Assembly: GCA_001793945.1 (NCBI GenBank)
Contig: MGIW01000006.1
Span: 70,179-134,178, forward strand
Reading direction: 5' to 3'
From: Candidatus Wolfebacteria bacterium RIFOXYD12_FULL_48_21
Lineage (GTDB): Bacteria; Patescibacteriota; Minisyncoccia; UBA6257; UBA9933
Length of the DNA: 64,000 nt
Positions 1-9,009 of this stretch are shown here, piece by piece. The position numbers and the translations under genes are program-made. The notes under the pieces were generated by a model. That model ran no database searches and was not told the origin of the DNA. It saw nothing but the letters and a program-made list of their open reading frames with translations. The stretch's first letter is position 1. Each line of letters opens with the position of its first letter.

Positions 1-675
1 TTGGGTTATGAGATCGTGCTCAAAACAAACGATACATTCGACCTGCATCTTGTTACCGCATTGGTTGCGGCGCCGAGCTATTGTTCCAATGCGCTTTCCC
101 AGGACGGGTGGGGAACATGGAGTATCAGCACCAAATCGTTACTGGGGAACTATCCCATGCCGACGAACGGGCTCATCTTTATCGAAGATAATGTTTGGGT
201 CAGCGGACAGATTGATGGTGCGCGTGTGACCATAGCTGCGGCACGGTTTCCTGACAATGTGGCGACCCGTTCGAGTATTACGGTAAATGATAATTTGCTG
301 TATACAAATTACACGGGCAACGATGTTATTTCGCTGATTGCACAAAAGAACATCAACATTGGCATGGTCAGTGTCGATACCATCCGCATCGATGCCGCGT
401 TGATGGCGCAAAACGGCCGCGTGGGGCGGTACTATTACGAAGGTCCAACGACCAGCCCTAATCGCGACCGCTGTTCGCCGTATCATGCCCGTACATTCAT
501 TACATCCTACGGCATGCTCGGCTCGAACCAGCGGTATGGGTTTGCCTATACCGACGGCACCGGCTATGTGTCCCGCAACTTGGTCTACGACACCAATCTG
601 CTCTATGGTCCGCCACCAAGCTTTCCATTGACCACCGACGCCTACAAGATCGTTTCATGGGACGAGGTTAAGTAA
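1..675 (+). CDS. C-terminal fragment (5' partial) of a large hypothetical secreted/surface protein
   Basis: ORF open from the window edge to a stop at 673-675. No recognisable catalytic motifs. GC and codon usage match the core genes. Confidence 0.4.
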   Translation: MGYEIVLKTNDTFDLHLVTALVAAPSYCSNALSQDGWGTWSISTKSLLGNYPMPTNGLIFIEDNVWVSGQIDGARVTIAAARFPDNVATRSSITVNDNLLYTNYTGNDVISLIAQKNINIGMVSVDTIRIDAALMAQNGRVGRYYYEGPTTSPNRDRCSPYHARTFITSYGMLGSNQRYGFAYTDGTGYVSRNLVYDTNLLYGPPPSFPLTTDAYKIVSWDEVK

Positions 676-752
676 GGGACATGAGATATGAGGTGTGGGG
701 CATGAGGTATGAGATGTGAGATGTGAGGTATGAGATGTGAGGTATGAGGGGG
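676..752. repeat. Heptanucleotide tandem array, about 11 units of the ggtatga/gatgtga family, directly after a stop codon
   Basis: Read directly: gggacat gagatat gaggtgt ggggcat gaggtat gagatgt ... with 7-bp periodicity. Same unit family as the array at 27586-27682. Confidence 0.8.
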
Positions 753-768
753 AAATTCGCTCCTTTCC

Positions 769-934
769 TGTCATTCCGAGTGCAACGCAGCGAAGCGGAG
801 TGAAATCGAGGGATCTGTAGCATGCGTCATTGCTGTCTGCCGGCGGACGGAGGGATCCAGAGTTTGCATTGTCATCCCGAGTGCAACGCAGCGAAGCGGA
901 GTGAAATCGAGGGATCTGTAGCATGTGTCATTGC
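769..934. repeat. Two tandem copies of a MITE/REP-like element with a GTCATYCCGAG terminus
   Basis: Copies at 769-834 and 866-934 each read tgtcatYccgagtgcaacgcagcgaagcggagtgaaatcgagggatctgtagcatg. A related copy lies at 51325-51436. Confidence 0.8.
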
Positions 935-1013
935 CGATATTTTCAATCCATAGTATAATGGACAGTAAGTAAAAAGGTCGAGGAGTTTTATCATTCAGTT
1001 AGTTTTACTACCA

Positions 1014-1448
1014 ATGAAAAAAGATTTTACAAAGGGTTTTACCTTGATCGAATTGCTCGTGGTTATCGGTATCATCGCGATCTTGGCCGGCGTGGTCATC
1101 GTTGCGTTGAACCCGGGACGACAGTTTGCACAGGCTCGCAACACGCAGCGCTGGAGCAATGTTAACACGATCTTGAACGCGGTCAGCCAGAATATGGCAG
1201 ACAACAGAGGTAACTGGACATGCGCCACCGCCACTTCATTGCCGTCGGTTTCGGCCGAAATCGGTACTGCAGGCGTGGATATTGAAGGTTGCATCGTTCC
1301 GACCTATGTTTCGACCATGCCGACCGATCCGACCGATGGAACGCTTGCTGCCACGAAATACTTTATTTCGTACAGCACGACGACCCGCCGGGTCAGCATC
1401 AACTCAGCTAGCGCGGAGTTGAGTGAGTCGATTTCAGTCACCCGCTAA
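1014..1448 (+). CDS. Type IV pilin (prepilin with class III signal)
   Basis: N-terminus MKKDFTKG|FTLIELLVVIGIIAILA is the canonical prepilin peptidase site followed by a hydrophobic helix. Confidence 0.85.
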   Translation: MKKDFTKGFTLIELLVVIGIIAILAGVVIVALNPGRQFAQARNTQRWSNVNTILNAVSQNMADNRGNWTCATATSLPSVSAEIGTAGVDIEGCIVPTYVSTMPTDPTDGTLAATKYFISYSTTTRRVSINSASAELSESISVTR

Positions 1449-1451
1449 GAT

Positions 1452-1722
1452 AGAATGTCCTTGCTTGGCGAATTGCTGCGTTACGGGCCCCTCGCCCCTC
1501 GGTCACCGTACAGGTAGTACGCTTTCCTCGGTGCGTTTCCCGTGCCTTGCACTTCACTCAAGCAAAAACATTCCATAATAGTTCCGTGAATTCGGCGAAC
1601 TGCTGCGTTGCCTGCCTACCGGCAGGCGAGGCTCCGCCAGCCGGCGGATTCGGTCACCGTATGCATAATACGGCTTCCTCTCCAACCTCCCCGCGCCTTG
1701 CATTTCATCCGAATTCGCAAAA
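1452..1722. repeat. Two adjacent copies of a roughly 110-190 bp repeat family (gaattgctgcgtt...cgccttgcacttcactcaag)
   Basis: Copies at 1452-1565 and 1587-1722. A third copy lies at 62585-62775. Shared 5' block ggYgaaYtgctgcgttRc and shared 3' block gccttgcaYttcaY. Confidence 0.6.
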
Positions 1723-1797
1723 CTATCACATATAAAAACGATTCGCCCTGTGAGGGGGCGGATCGTTTTTTGTTCGCATTACTCGCCCCGTGGTCCG

Positions 1798-1870
1798 TTG
1801 CATTGTCATACTGGCGGAGGCCGGTATCCAGCGCATTGTCATTCCCGTGAAAACGGGAATCCATTTCCAT
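1798..1870. repeat. MITE/REP-like palindromic element (cattgtcat...ggcggaggccgg...gtcattcccgtgaaaacgggaat)
   Basis: Contains a ccggcggaggccgg box and a gtcattccc-gaaaac-gggaat hairpin. Related to the elements at 9992-10079, 35290-35350 and 58131-58296. Confidence 0.6.
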
Positions 1871-1948
1871 CACAATAAGAGCATAAACCAACAAAACATG
1901 GTATTCTTAGAGGTAATACATGTATTCACTTTAAAGTCACTCATCATC

Positions 1949-2206
1949 ATGCTACTCGAATTTTATGGAACCGAATGCGCACATTGCATCCACATGAAGC
2001 CAATTGTAGAGCGGCTGAAGACGGAAGAGGGTATAGAGCTTCAGTCGTTTGAAACATGGCATAATGCTGAAAACGAGGCGAAGCGAAAGGAATACGACAA
2101 AGGCTTGTGCGGAGGCGTGCCGTTTTTCTTCAACACGGATACCGGCAAACACATTTGCGGCGGGACGGACTACGAAACCCTGAAAAAATGGGCAAAGGGG
2201 GAGTAA
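1949..2206 (+). CDS. Small thioredoxin/glutaredoxin-like protein
   Basis: 85 aa with an N-terminal YGTECAHC (CxxC) motif and a C-terminal GGVPFFF thioredoxin-fold motif. Confidence 0.55.
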   Translation: MLLEFYGTECAHCIHMKPIVERLKTEEGIELQSFETWHNAENEAKRKEYDKGLCGGVPFFFNTDTGKHICGGTDYETLKKWAKGE

Positions 2207-2301
2207 AAGATACCTTTTGCGCATCGGTATTTGCATGCAATACAGGCAAAAAGAAAGGTTGCAAAAACCCATTTTTTCAGGCATTATTTAAAAGCATATT
2301 T

Positions 2302-2372
2302 TGCCAGATCGTCTAATGGTAGGACAGCGGACTCTGAATCCGTCAATCTTGGTTCGAATCCAGGTCTGGCAG
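2302..2372 (+). tRNA. tRNA-Gln (anticodon CTG)
   Basis: Manual cloverleaf. Acceptor tgccaga/tctggca, D-loop aatggta, anticodon stem gcgga/tccgt, loop ctCTGaa, T-arm cttgg-ttcgaat-ccagg. Confidence 0.75.
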
Positions 2373-2461
2373 CAGCGCACCATTCGGTGCACTGCTTCGC
2401 TAAGAAGCAGAAAACGAATGGTAAGCGTCGGGATGCACCGTATGGTGCGTCTCCCCACGCT

Positions 2462-2761
2462 ATGAAATTTTATTATGTTTATATCTTAAAAAGCATCAAG
2501 AAGCGTTTTATTTATACGGGCTATACTACGGATCTTGGGCGTAGATTTAAAGAGCATAATAATAGGGAAGAGCTATCAACAAAGCACTACGCACCTTTTG
2601 ATCTGATCCATTATGAAGCATATAGAAATCAGAAGGATGCGAAACGACGCGAGGGATACCTGAAAACAACAAAAGGGAAAACAACCCTACGAACCATGCT
2701 CAAAGAGTATTTTGAAAATGATTCAGCACCAGGAGGTGCCTTGCGTGAATCGGTAGAATAA
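2462..2761 (+). CDS. Small GIY-YIG domain protein
   Basis: KFYYVYIL...FIYTGYTTDLGRRFKEH matches the GIY-10/11aa-YIG-R-E/H pattern. Coding sequence is AT-rich. Confidence 0.7.
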   Translation: MKFYYVYILKSIKKRFIYTGYTTDLGRRFKEHNNREELSTKHYAPFDLIHYEAYRNQKDAKRREGYLKTTKGKTTLRTMLKEYFENDSAPGGALRESVE

Positions 2762-2943
2762 AACAATTAAAGAAATGGATCCGTGCCAAAAAAGAAGCCC
2801 TTATTGCGGGGGATTTAAAGTTGCTTAAGGAATTGTAACCTCCCTTGCCCAACCCCTCTTAGGGGCGTATTATGGAGGGAATAGGGGGGGTAATTAAAGG
2901 TACCTGACCCTATTACTCCCAAATTATTAAATTAATATAAACT

Positions 2944-3561
2944 ATGGAATATTTCTTTCAATATATATTCAGCGGGATAGCGACTATAGTAACTGGCACC
3001 GTCGCTATAGCTATCTACTTTCATCAAAAGCGTAACAATAAAATCCAGGCAGCAAGGGTTTTACTAACAGAAATTAGAACCGCCGAGGAACAGATTGGAG
3101 TTATTAGGGAAAAGATTATTACAGGGGATACATCGGACATGCCAAATTCTGTTTTTCAAACTAATAATTGGAAAAAATATGCACACTTATTTGTAAGCAA
3201 TTTTGATCAAGATGATTTAAAATTGATAAATTCATTTTATGATTACGGTGAATTAATAGAGGAATTTGCAAAGAGAGAAAGTAATTATTTTTGGATAGCG
3301 ACAGAGGAGCGCGCAAGAATAACAGTGCAGATGATTGCTAGATTTGTAGATGAGGAATTTCATAAAATTCCACAGGAGAGGGATACTAATAATATAGAAT
3401 TAAAAAAACAATTTTTTAATGTTGGTATGGATAACCATAACACTCCTTATTCTCCTAAAAAAACTCTCAAAGGAATAGAAAACCGTTTATCAAAAATTCA
3501 AACAATAACTACTTCGAGTACGGGTGCCAAGCTAAAAAAACTTGCAAAATTAGATAAATAA
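2944..3561 (+). CDS. Hypothetical membrane-anchored protein (single N-terminal TM helix), very AT-rich
   Basis: ORF of 205 aa with an N-terminal hydrophobic segment SGIATIVTGTVAIAIYF. GC is far below the window average. Confidence 0.5.
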   Translation: MEYFFQYIFSGIATIVTGTVAIAIYFHQKRNNKIQAARVLLTEIRTAEEQIGVIREKIITGDTSDMPNSVFQTNNWKKYAHLFVSNFDQDDLKLINSFYDYGELIEEFAKRESNYFWIATEERARITVQMIARFVDEEFHKIPQERDTNNIELKKQFFNVGMDNHNTPYSPKKTLKGIENRLSKIQTITTSSTGAKLKKLAKLDK

Positions 3562-3835
3562 TATTAGCGCTCAAGGTGCGTCGATGGGGTTGGTAAAATT
3601 GGCTCAAAAAAGCCTTACAGAGTCTATTCGGCGGTGGTTCTAACTCGACTTAGCCAGCCATTCGACTCGCTCCGCTCGCTCATGGCTTTCAGCCCCTCCG
3701 ACAAGCTTAGTATGGGTCAATAAAATAAGACCGCCCCTTGAGGCGACCTTATTTTATTGCGTGCATCGGGTGTGGCTATTTGCATTATATTACAATTTGG
3801 AATATAACGCAACGGAATACTATCATATATACATC

Positions 3836-4057
3836 ATGACAAAGGCGATATTTTCAAAAGACCACAAATATGCGGTTGAACAGGTAAAGAAAGCCCGTAT
3901 TGAGGCAGGCTTGGGTCAAGTCGAAGTGGCGAAGCTACTTGGCAAAACCCAGCCACACATATCAAAGATTGAAGCAGGGCAAAGACGGCTTGATATTACG
4001 CAGCTCAAAGAGTTTGCAAAAATCTATAAAAAAGACTTGTCTTTTTTCATCAAATAA
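3836..4057 (+). CDS. XRE-family helix-turn-helix regulator, candidate controller (C) protein of the R-M system
   Basis: VEVAKLLGKTQPHISKIEAGQRRLDITQL is an HTH_3 motif. Its stop lies 1 nt before the restriction endonuclease start codon. Confidence 0.75.
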   Translation: MTKAIFSKDHKYAVEQVKKARIEAGLGQVEVAKLLGKTQPHISKIEAGQRRLDITQLKEFAKIYKKDLSFFIK

Positions 4058-4058
4058 C

Positions 4059-4760
4059 ATGACACTTGCAGAACTCAAAAAGAAGCTCAAAAATATCAAG
4101 AGACTTGGCTTCGTTAAAACTCACCGAAAGGGCGATACGGGGATAGGCAAAACCCTTGAAGATTTACTCGGAATAAAAGAAAACAACATTCCGCTCCCTG
4201 ATATTGGCGAGATTGCAGAACTAAAGGCGTATCGTCGAAGCGCAGGATCCATGCTTACTCTTTTTACTCTTGAACCTCAACCAAAAGGTGGCGATCGAGA
4301 TAGAACGCTTCTTGATAATTTTGGATATTCAAAAAGAGATAATGGTCGCTTAAAAGAACTACACAGCACTCTTTCCTGTAAAAGATATAACAACCAAGGT
4401 TTGAAACTCAAAGTTGAAAAAGACAAGGTCCGCGTTGTTGGTAAAGGGAAAAGACTCAATATCTATTGGGACATGGAGGATTTGAAGAAAAAGTTTGAAG
4501 CTAAGCTTCCAGCCCTCGTCTATGCTTTAGCAGATAATAAAGAATTAAAAGGCATCGAGTATTTTTATTTTAATCAAGTATATTTCTTGGAAGGTTTTGA
4601 TTTTGAGCATTTCAAAAATATGGTCAAAAAAGATGCGATTGTTGTCGATCTCAGGATGTTCTATCGACCAAATGGATCTGTTCGTAACCACGGTACTGGA
4701 TTTCGGGTGAAAATAAACCAGTTATATAATTGCTTTGATACGAAAGTTGAATTGCTTTAG
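4059..4760 (+). CDS. Type II restriction endonuclease, MvaI/BcnI-like family
   Basis: The HRKGDTGIGKTLEDLLGIKENNIPLPDIGE...LKAYR...LTLF segment resembles the MvaI_BcnI family from memory. Convergent and tail-overlapping with a DNA methyltransferase gene. Confidence 0.6.
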   Translation: MTLAELKKKLKNIKRLGFVKTHRKGDTGIGKTLEDLLGIKENNIPLPDIGEIAELKAYRRSAGSMLTLFTLEPQPKGGDRDRTLLDNFGYSKRDNGRLKELHSTLSCKRYNNQGLKLKVEKDKVRVVGKGKRLNIYWDMEDLKKKFEAKLPALVYALADNKELKGIEYFYFNQVYFLEGFDFEHFKNMVKKDAIVVDLRMFYRPNGSVRNHGTGFRVKINQLYNCFDTKVELL

Positions 4761-6622
4761 TTTTTCCTCAATACAACAATGCTCTCTTTGTTCATTGTTT
4801 CCTCCAGCGCACCAACAATGTTGGTCGGCGAGTTTTTGATCGGCATTCTTTTCCCTGGAATATTACGGACGATTATATCTTCGCAAGTAAAGCCAATCTT
4901 CTCGGCAAGCTCGGCAATAATAAAATCGGTAGGGATTCTAACTTGTTTCACCAATCTGTTACCTATAACAAGGCAAAAATATTTTCTTGGTTTAAGGATT
5001 CTATGAGCCTGCTTCAAACACTCATTCAATCCAAGATTAAAGCTTAATACATCTTTTGCTCTGGCTTCGTCTTGATTCGCAATTTTTTCTAAGGATTCTT
5101 TAAGATAATTGGATGAGAGTATGTGGGTTAGGTTTTTAGCAGCTCTGCCACCGAGTAGATCGTTATCTACGCCAGAGGCATCATTTGGATTATCAAATAC
5201 ATCAATCCACTGCGCCGATAGGCGGGAAAATTGTCCATATGCAACTGTTGTTCGGCTATCGCCGTATGGCGGAGAAGTGATAATGCAGTCAATAGAATTT
5301 GCTTTAATCCCATTGTCTTTTGACGAATCTCCGTAGATTATTTTTGTCCACGAATCCTTATTCGCATCTTTGTAAAATTCGGTCATTCCTACAATATTTT
5401 TTTCTGCATTTTTGCGAAAGATTGCCAATACATTTGGATTATGTCTTTCAAGTTTTTCTCCTTTAACACGCACCAATTTAAACTCTCCAGTTTTTGCGTT
5501 GGAGGAATAACGGACGGTCTCACTAAAGGCAACCATTAAGAAATTTTGAATTGGCTTGTCTTTTATTTCGCGTATGGCTTTTTTTAGCTTGGCAAGTTCA
5601 ATAATTACTTTATCCTTAAACCAAAAATCAATGTTCTTGAAATCCGGTCGTTTTATTTCGTTATCTTTTATTTTTGCTACTCTATCGAGTAAAGATAAGT
5701 ATTCTTTTGTTAGTTTTTGAGGATTGATTGGACTCATTTTTGCTTTCGCAAGAAAAATAGCCAAAGGGTTAAGGTCAATTCCGTAGGCATTTCTCCCTAT
5801 CAATCTGCTTTCGACAAGCGCCGTACCCGAACCGCAGAAAATATCACAAATTGTATCGCCTTTTTTGCTATAGGTTTCCAGCAGTCTTCTTCCGACTTGT
5901 GGAATGAACATTGCGGGATAGGTATGTATTCCATGCGTGTATGATTTTGTTTTTTCACCTCTATAATCCCACGAGTAGTCTATTTTGCGGACATACTTTT
6001 CATCCCTTGATTGTCCTTGGTCAAGCTGTGATTCAAGATTGCGAATTATTTTTACAACGACACCTCTGACTTCCACTTCATCGCGATATATCGGGAATAG
6101 TGTTGGATTCGCGGGTTGCAATCTAAATCTCCCATTCTCTCGGTATAGTTTTTTTAGTGTTGCTTCGTTGTTATCTATTACCGCTACAACGGTCTGGCCA
6201 TTTTCCGCCACTTCTTGTTTTCGGATAACTACAATATCGCCATCAAAAATACCGTCATCAATCATGCTGCTGCCTTGCACACGCAAGGCATAGTGCTTTC
6301 CTTGCTGTCCGATTTCGTCTTTTGTGATAGTGATAGTTTCATCGGGGATTTCGATCGCCTCAATCGGTTGTCCGGCGGCGATCGCTCCTAAAATAGGTAT
6401 TTCGATAGTTTGTTTCGCTTCTACCGTTGAAACAGCACGAGGTTGATTGTGTTCTTTATTCAAGAAGCCAGCATCTTGTAATTTGCTAATGTAATAATGG
6501 GCCGTGGAAACAGAGGCGAGCTTGAATTTTTGCCGTATATCTTCAAGAGAGGGGGCATAACCATGCTTCGCTCTGTAAAATTTGATGAAATCAAGAACTT
6601 GCACTTGCTTTTTTGTGAGCAT
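4757..6622 (-). CDS. LexA repressor fused to an N4/N6-type DNA methyltransferase (SPPY motif IV, m4C-like)
   Basis: Single 621-aa ORF. Residues 1-205 align along the whole of LexA: wHTH, AAGQP cleavage site, GSSM Ser, LKKL Lys. Residues about 215-621 carry HTYPAMFIP...DIFCGSGTALVES (motif I) and DCIITSPPYGD (motif IV). Confidence 0.75.
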   Translation of the reverse strand: MLTKKQVQVLDFIKFYRAKHGYAPSLEDIRQKFKLASVSTAHYYISKLQDAGFLNKEHNQPRAVSTVEAKQTIEIPILGAIAAGQPIEAIEIPDETITITKDEIGQQGKHYALRVQGSSMIDDGIFDGDIVVIRKQEVAENGQTVVAVIDNNEATLKKLYRENGRFRLQPANPTLFPIYRDEVEVRGVVVKIIRNLESQLDQGQSRDEKYVRKIDYSWDYRGEKTKSYTHGIHTYPAMFIPQVGRRLLETYSKKGDTICDIFCGSGTALVESRLIGRNAYGIDLNPLAIFLAKAKMSPINPQKLTKEYLSLLDRVAKIKDNEIKRPDFKNIDFWFKDKVIIELAKLKKAIREIKDKPIQNFLMVAFSETVRYSSNAKTGEFKLVRVKGEKLERHNPNVLAIFRKNAEKNIVGMTEFYKDANKDSWTKIIYGDSSKDNGIKANSIDCIITSPPYGDSRTTVAYGQFSRLSAQWIDVFDNPNDASGVDNDLLGGRAAKNLTHILSSNYLKESLEKIANQDEARAKDVLSFNLGLNECLKQAHRILKPRKYFCLVIGNRLVKQVRIPTDFIIAELAEKIGFTCEDIIVRNIPGKRMPIKNSPTNIVGALEETMNKESIVVLRKN

Positions 6623-6679
6623 ATAATAGTATTATAGAAAATAATTAGAATATAAACAAATTAACTTATCCCCACACAT

Positions 6680-6976
6680 ATGCTAAAATTTAGTAGAATC
6701 CAAAAATTCACGAAAGCAAATATAGCCAATGTCCCTCAAGACAAAGCTATCATCTATAAAATAAAAAGCAGGAGCGGAGAGAACCTATATACAGGAATCG
6801 CCGGTCGCGGTCGCGGACAGGATCGCCTCGTAGAACACAAGAACATTAAGAAAGATCAAATCCCTGAAGGAACGAGATTTCAGTATGCGCAGGTAAAAAC
6901 GAAAGTGCGCGCCCACCAGATCGAAAAATCTATTATTAAAAAGGAACAACCCGAGCATAACGAGCAACACAAATGA
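6680..6976 (+). CDS. Small GIY-YIG-like protein
   Basis: IIYKIKSRSGENLYTGIAGRGRGQDRLVEH fits the GIY...YIG...R...E/H spacing. Overlaps the next gene by 4 nt. Confidence 0.45.
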   Translation: MLKFSRIQKFTKANIANVPQDKAIIYKIKSRSGENLYTGIAGRGRGQDRLVEHKNIKKDQIPEGTRFQYAQVKTKVRAHQIEKSIIKKEQPEHNEQHK

Positions 6977-7818
6977 ATTACGCTTTCCAGCCCCAACCGA
7001 AACCAATGCGAGTGCATATTTTTGATGTTGAACACGGAGAATGTAGCGCTATAGAGACACCATCGGGCGAGTTAATTTTGATTGGTGCCGGACATAATTT
7101 ATCAACGAACTGGAAACCTTCCGACTGGCTCAAGAGTCGTAATCAGCGACCTCATTGCTTGGTTTTGAGTAACCTTGATCGCGACCATCTCTCTGATTTG
7201 CCGAGTTTTGAACCGGGAATTCGTCCTGTTTCAATCAAGCACAACAACTCTGTAAGTCCTGACTGGGTTGAAAATTTGAAAATCGAGGAAAGTGGCGAGG
7301 TACACGATAGTATTAAGACAGCTCTTCATTGGGTGCGAAATGTTTTTACAGGTGAATCCATAAATCCAGACTATGGAATGGAAAAAATGTTTTTTTACCA
7401 CTCACCGACGAAATTCCAAGATACCAATAATTTGAGTGTCGTTACATTCGTTTCTTACAATAATATCGGCATCATGTTTCCGGGCGACCTTGAAACTGCA
7501 GGGTGGCAAGAATTTTTGAAAGATCAAAACTTCTTAACTTATCTGCGCAGGACGAATATATTTATTGCTTCGCATCACGGTCGCGAAGGAGGATACTGCA
7601 AAGAAGTTTTTGATTATTGTAGCCCTCACGCAGTCATCATTTCCGACAAGCCGGTGGTTCACGGTACCCAAGACCATGATCTTTATAGCCAACATTGTAG
7701 CGGTTTAGATTTTAGTGGTACAAACAGAAAAGTTTTGACTACGCGAAACGATGGAAAAATAACTATAGAAGTTCCTTCGACTGGCTCGTATACTGTGTAC
7801 ATCAATCAAGCCTACTAG
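6973..7818 (+). CDS. Metallo-beta-lactamase-fold hydrolase
   Basis: NLDRDHLSDL is an HxHxDH-like motif. IASHHGREGG further downstream. Confidence 0.65.
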   Translation: MNYAFQPQPKPMRVHIFDVEHGECSAIETPSGELILIGAGHNLSTNWKPSDWLKSRNQRPHCLVLSNLDRDHLSDLPSFEPGIRPVSIKHNNSVSPDWVENLKIEESGEVHDSIKTALHWVRNVFTGESINPDYGMEKMFFYHSPTKFQDTNNLSVVTFVSYNNIGIMFPGDLETAGWQEFLKDQNFLTYLRRTNIFIASHHGREGGYCKEVFDYCSPHAVIISDKPVVHGTQDHDLYSQHCSGLDFSGTNRKVLTTRNDGKITIEVPSTGSYTVYINQAY

Positions 7819-7827
7819 GTTAATAAT

Positions 7828-8316
7828 ATGAAAGACATTCTCGACAAAATAACTTCTTACAATCTTTTCAATTACCTACTGCCCGGGGTGCTCTTTGTTG
7901 CTATTTTAGATAAATTCACGATTTACTCACTTACGCAGGAAAATCTCGTCGTTGGAGCTTTTGTATATTATTTCGTAGGATTGGTAATAAGTAGATTTGG
8001 TTCGCTGATTATCGAACCGTTTTTGAAGTCAGTATCTTTTCTGAAATTTGCTGATTATGCCGATTTTGTTTCTGCGTCAAAAATTGATTCCAAAGTCGAG
8101 AATTTTTCGGAAGTAAATAATATGTACCGGACATTTACTGCAATGTTCGTCTTGCTCCTATTGCTCAAAGGTTACGAATTACTTGCTGTTAAAATTTCGA
8201 TATTGGGCGAACACACCCCATTGATTTTGGTGGCAGTACTTTTGACGATGTTTCTTTTTTCGTATAGAAAACAAACTGGTTATATAACAAAGAGGATTAA
8301 AGCGAGCAAATCCTAA
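7828..8316 (+). CDS. Hypothetical multi-pass membrane protein
   Basis: Several hydrophobic helices. AT-rich. Follows the MBL-fold gene with a 9-nt gap. Confidence 0.5.
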   Translation: MKDILDKITSYNLFNYLLPGVLFVAILDKFTIYSLTQENLVVGAFVYYFVGLVISRFGSLIIEPFLKSVSFLKFADYADFVSASKIDSKVENFSEVNNMYRTFTAMFVLLLLLKGYELLAVKISILGEHTPLILVAVLLTMFLFSYRKQTGYITKRIKASKS

Positions 8317-8446
8317 TTTGTAATTAACGAGGTCAGATACCATTGATTGCCATTTGTTATAGAAGAAAGAAGCGATATACTGTATATAATGCCATGTATC
8401 CCATGCATTGATGTTGGAGGGATATTTATTGTGTTATTAACCGTGC

Positions 8447-8481
8447 TAATTTGCTATAAATGGGGTAAACCACTATCATTC
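8447..8481 (+). promoter_or_regulatory. Candidate sigma70-like promoter (ttgcta-17-tatcat)
   Basis: Read as ttgctataaatggggtaaaccactatcat, ending about 10 nt upstream of the 8490 start. Confidence 0.3.
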
Positions 8482-8489
8482 CATCACTT

Positions 8490-8954
8490 ATGAAAAAAAT
8501 CTCAATACTATTTCTTCAGGCGGTCACTGTGCTTATTGGCATTGGTGTTCTTGCCTTTCTGCTTTGGGAGCCGTGGGTGGAAGGCGTAAACGCACACGCT
8601 ACTTCGTTCTTTGACATCTATTTTGACGATCCCTTTTTGGCATATATGTATCTTGGGTCCATCCCATTTTTTGTAGGGCTTTATCAGGCATTCAAAGTGT
8701 TGGGATATGCCGGGCAAAACAAGATATTTTCGCAAGTGACCGTGAACGCTTTGTGGACTATAAAATACTGCGCGTTCATTACGGCGGGCGCAGTAGTGGC
8801 GGCAGATGCCTACCTCATGATAGCCGCACGCAGCAGCAACGATGATGCCGCAGGAGCCGTGATGCTTGGCATGATAGCCACCCTCATCTTGCTTGTTGTC
8901 GGTATAGTTGCGGCGATGTTTGGGCGGACTTTGCAGAATAGGGTCCAGTCTTAA
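8490..8954 (+). CDS. Hypothetical membrane protein (4 TM)
   Basis: ORF of 154 aa with four hydrophobic segments. Confidence 0.55.
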   Translation: MKKISILFLQAVTVLIGIGVLAFLLWEPWVEGVNAHATSFFDIYFDDPFLAYMYLGSIPFFVGLYQAFKVLGYAGQNKIFSQVTVNALWTIKYCAFITAGAVVAADAYLMIAARSSNDDAAGAVMLGMIATLILLVVGIVAAMFGRTLQNRVQS

Positions 8955-8970
8955 TTTTTTAACAAAAAAA

Positions 8971-8994
8971 GCCCGGCGGGTGCCGGGCTTTTGG
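8971..8994. terminator. Bidirectional intrinsic terminator hairpin
   Basis: aaaaaaa gcccggc gggt gccgggc ttttgg, sitting between convergent genes. Confidence 0.6.
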
Positions 8995-9009
8995 TCGGGG
9001 TGAGCGGGC

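Noticed and set aside
768-930. Small ORFs such as HCHPECNAAKRSEIEGSVA and SLDKLGMTS (for example 655-924 minus, 56173-56544 minus, 51232-51435 minus)
   Set aside because: They are translations of the MITE-like repeats, and the same peptides recur wherever the repeat occurs.
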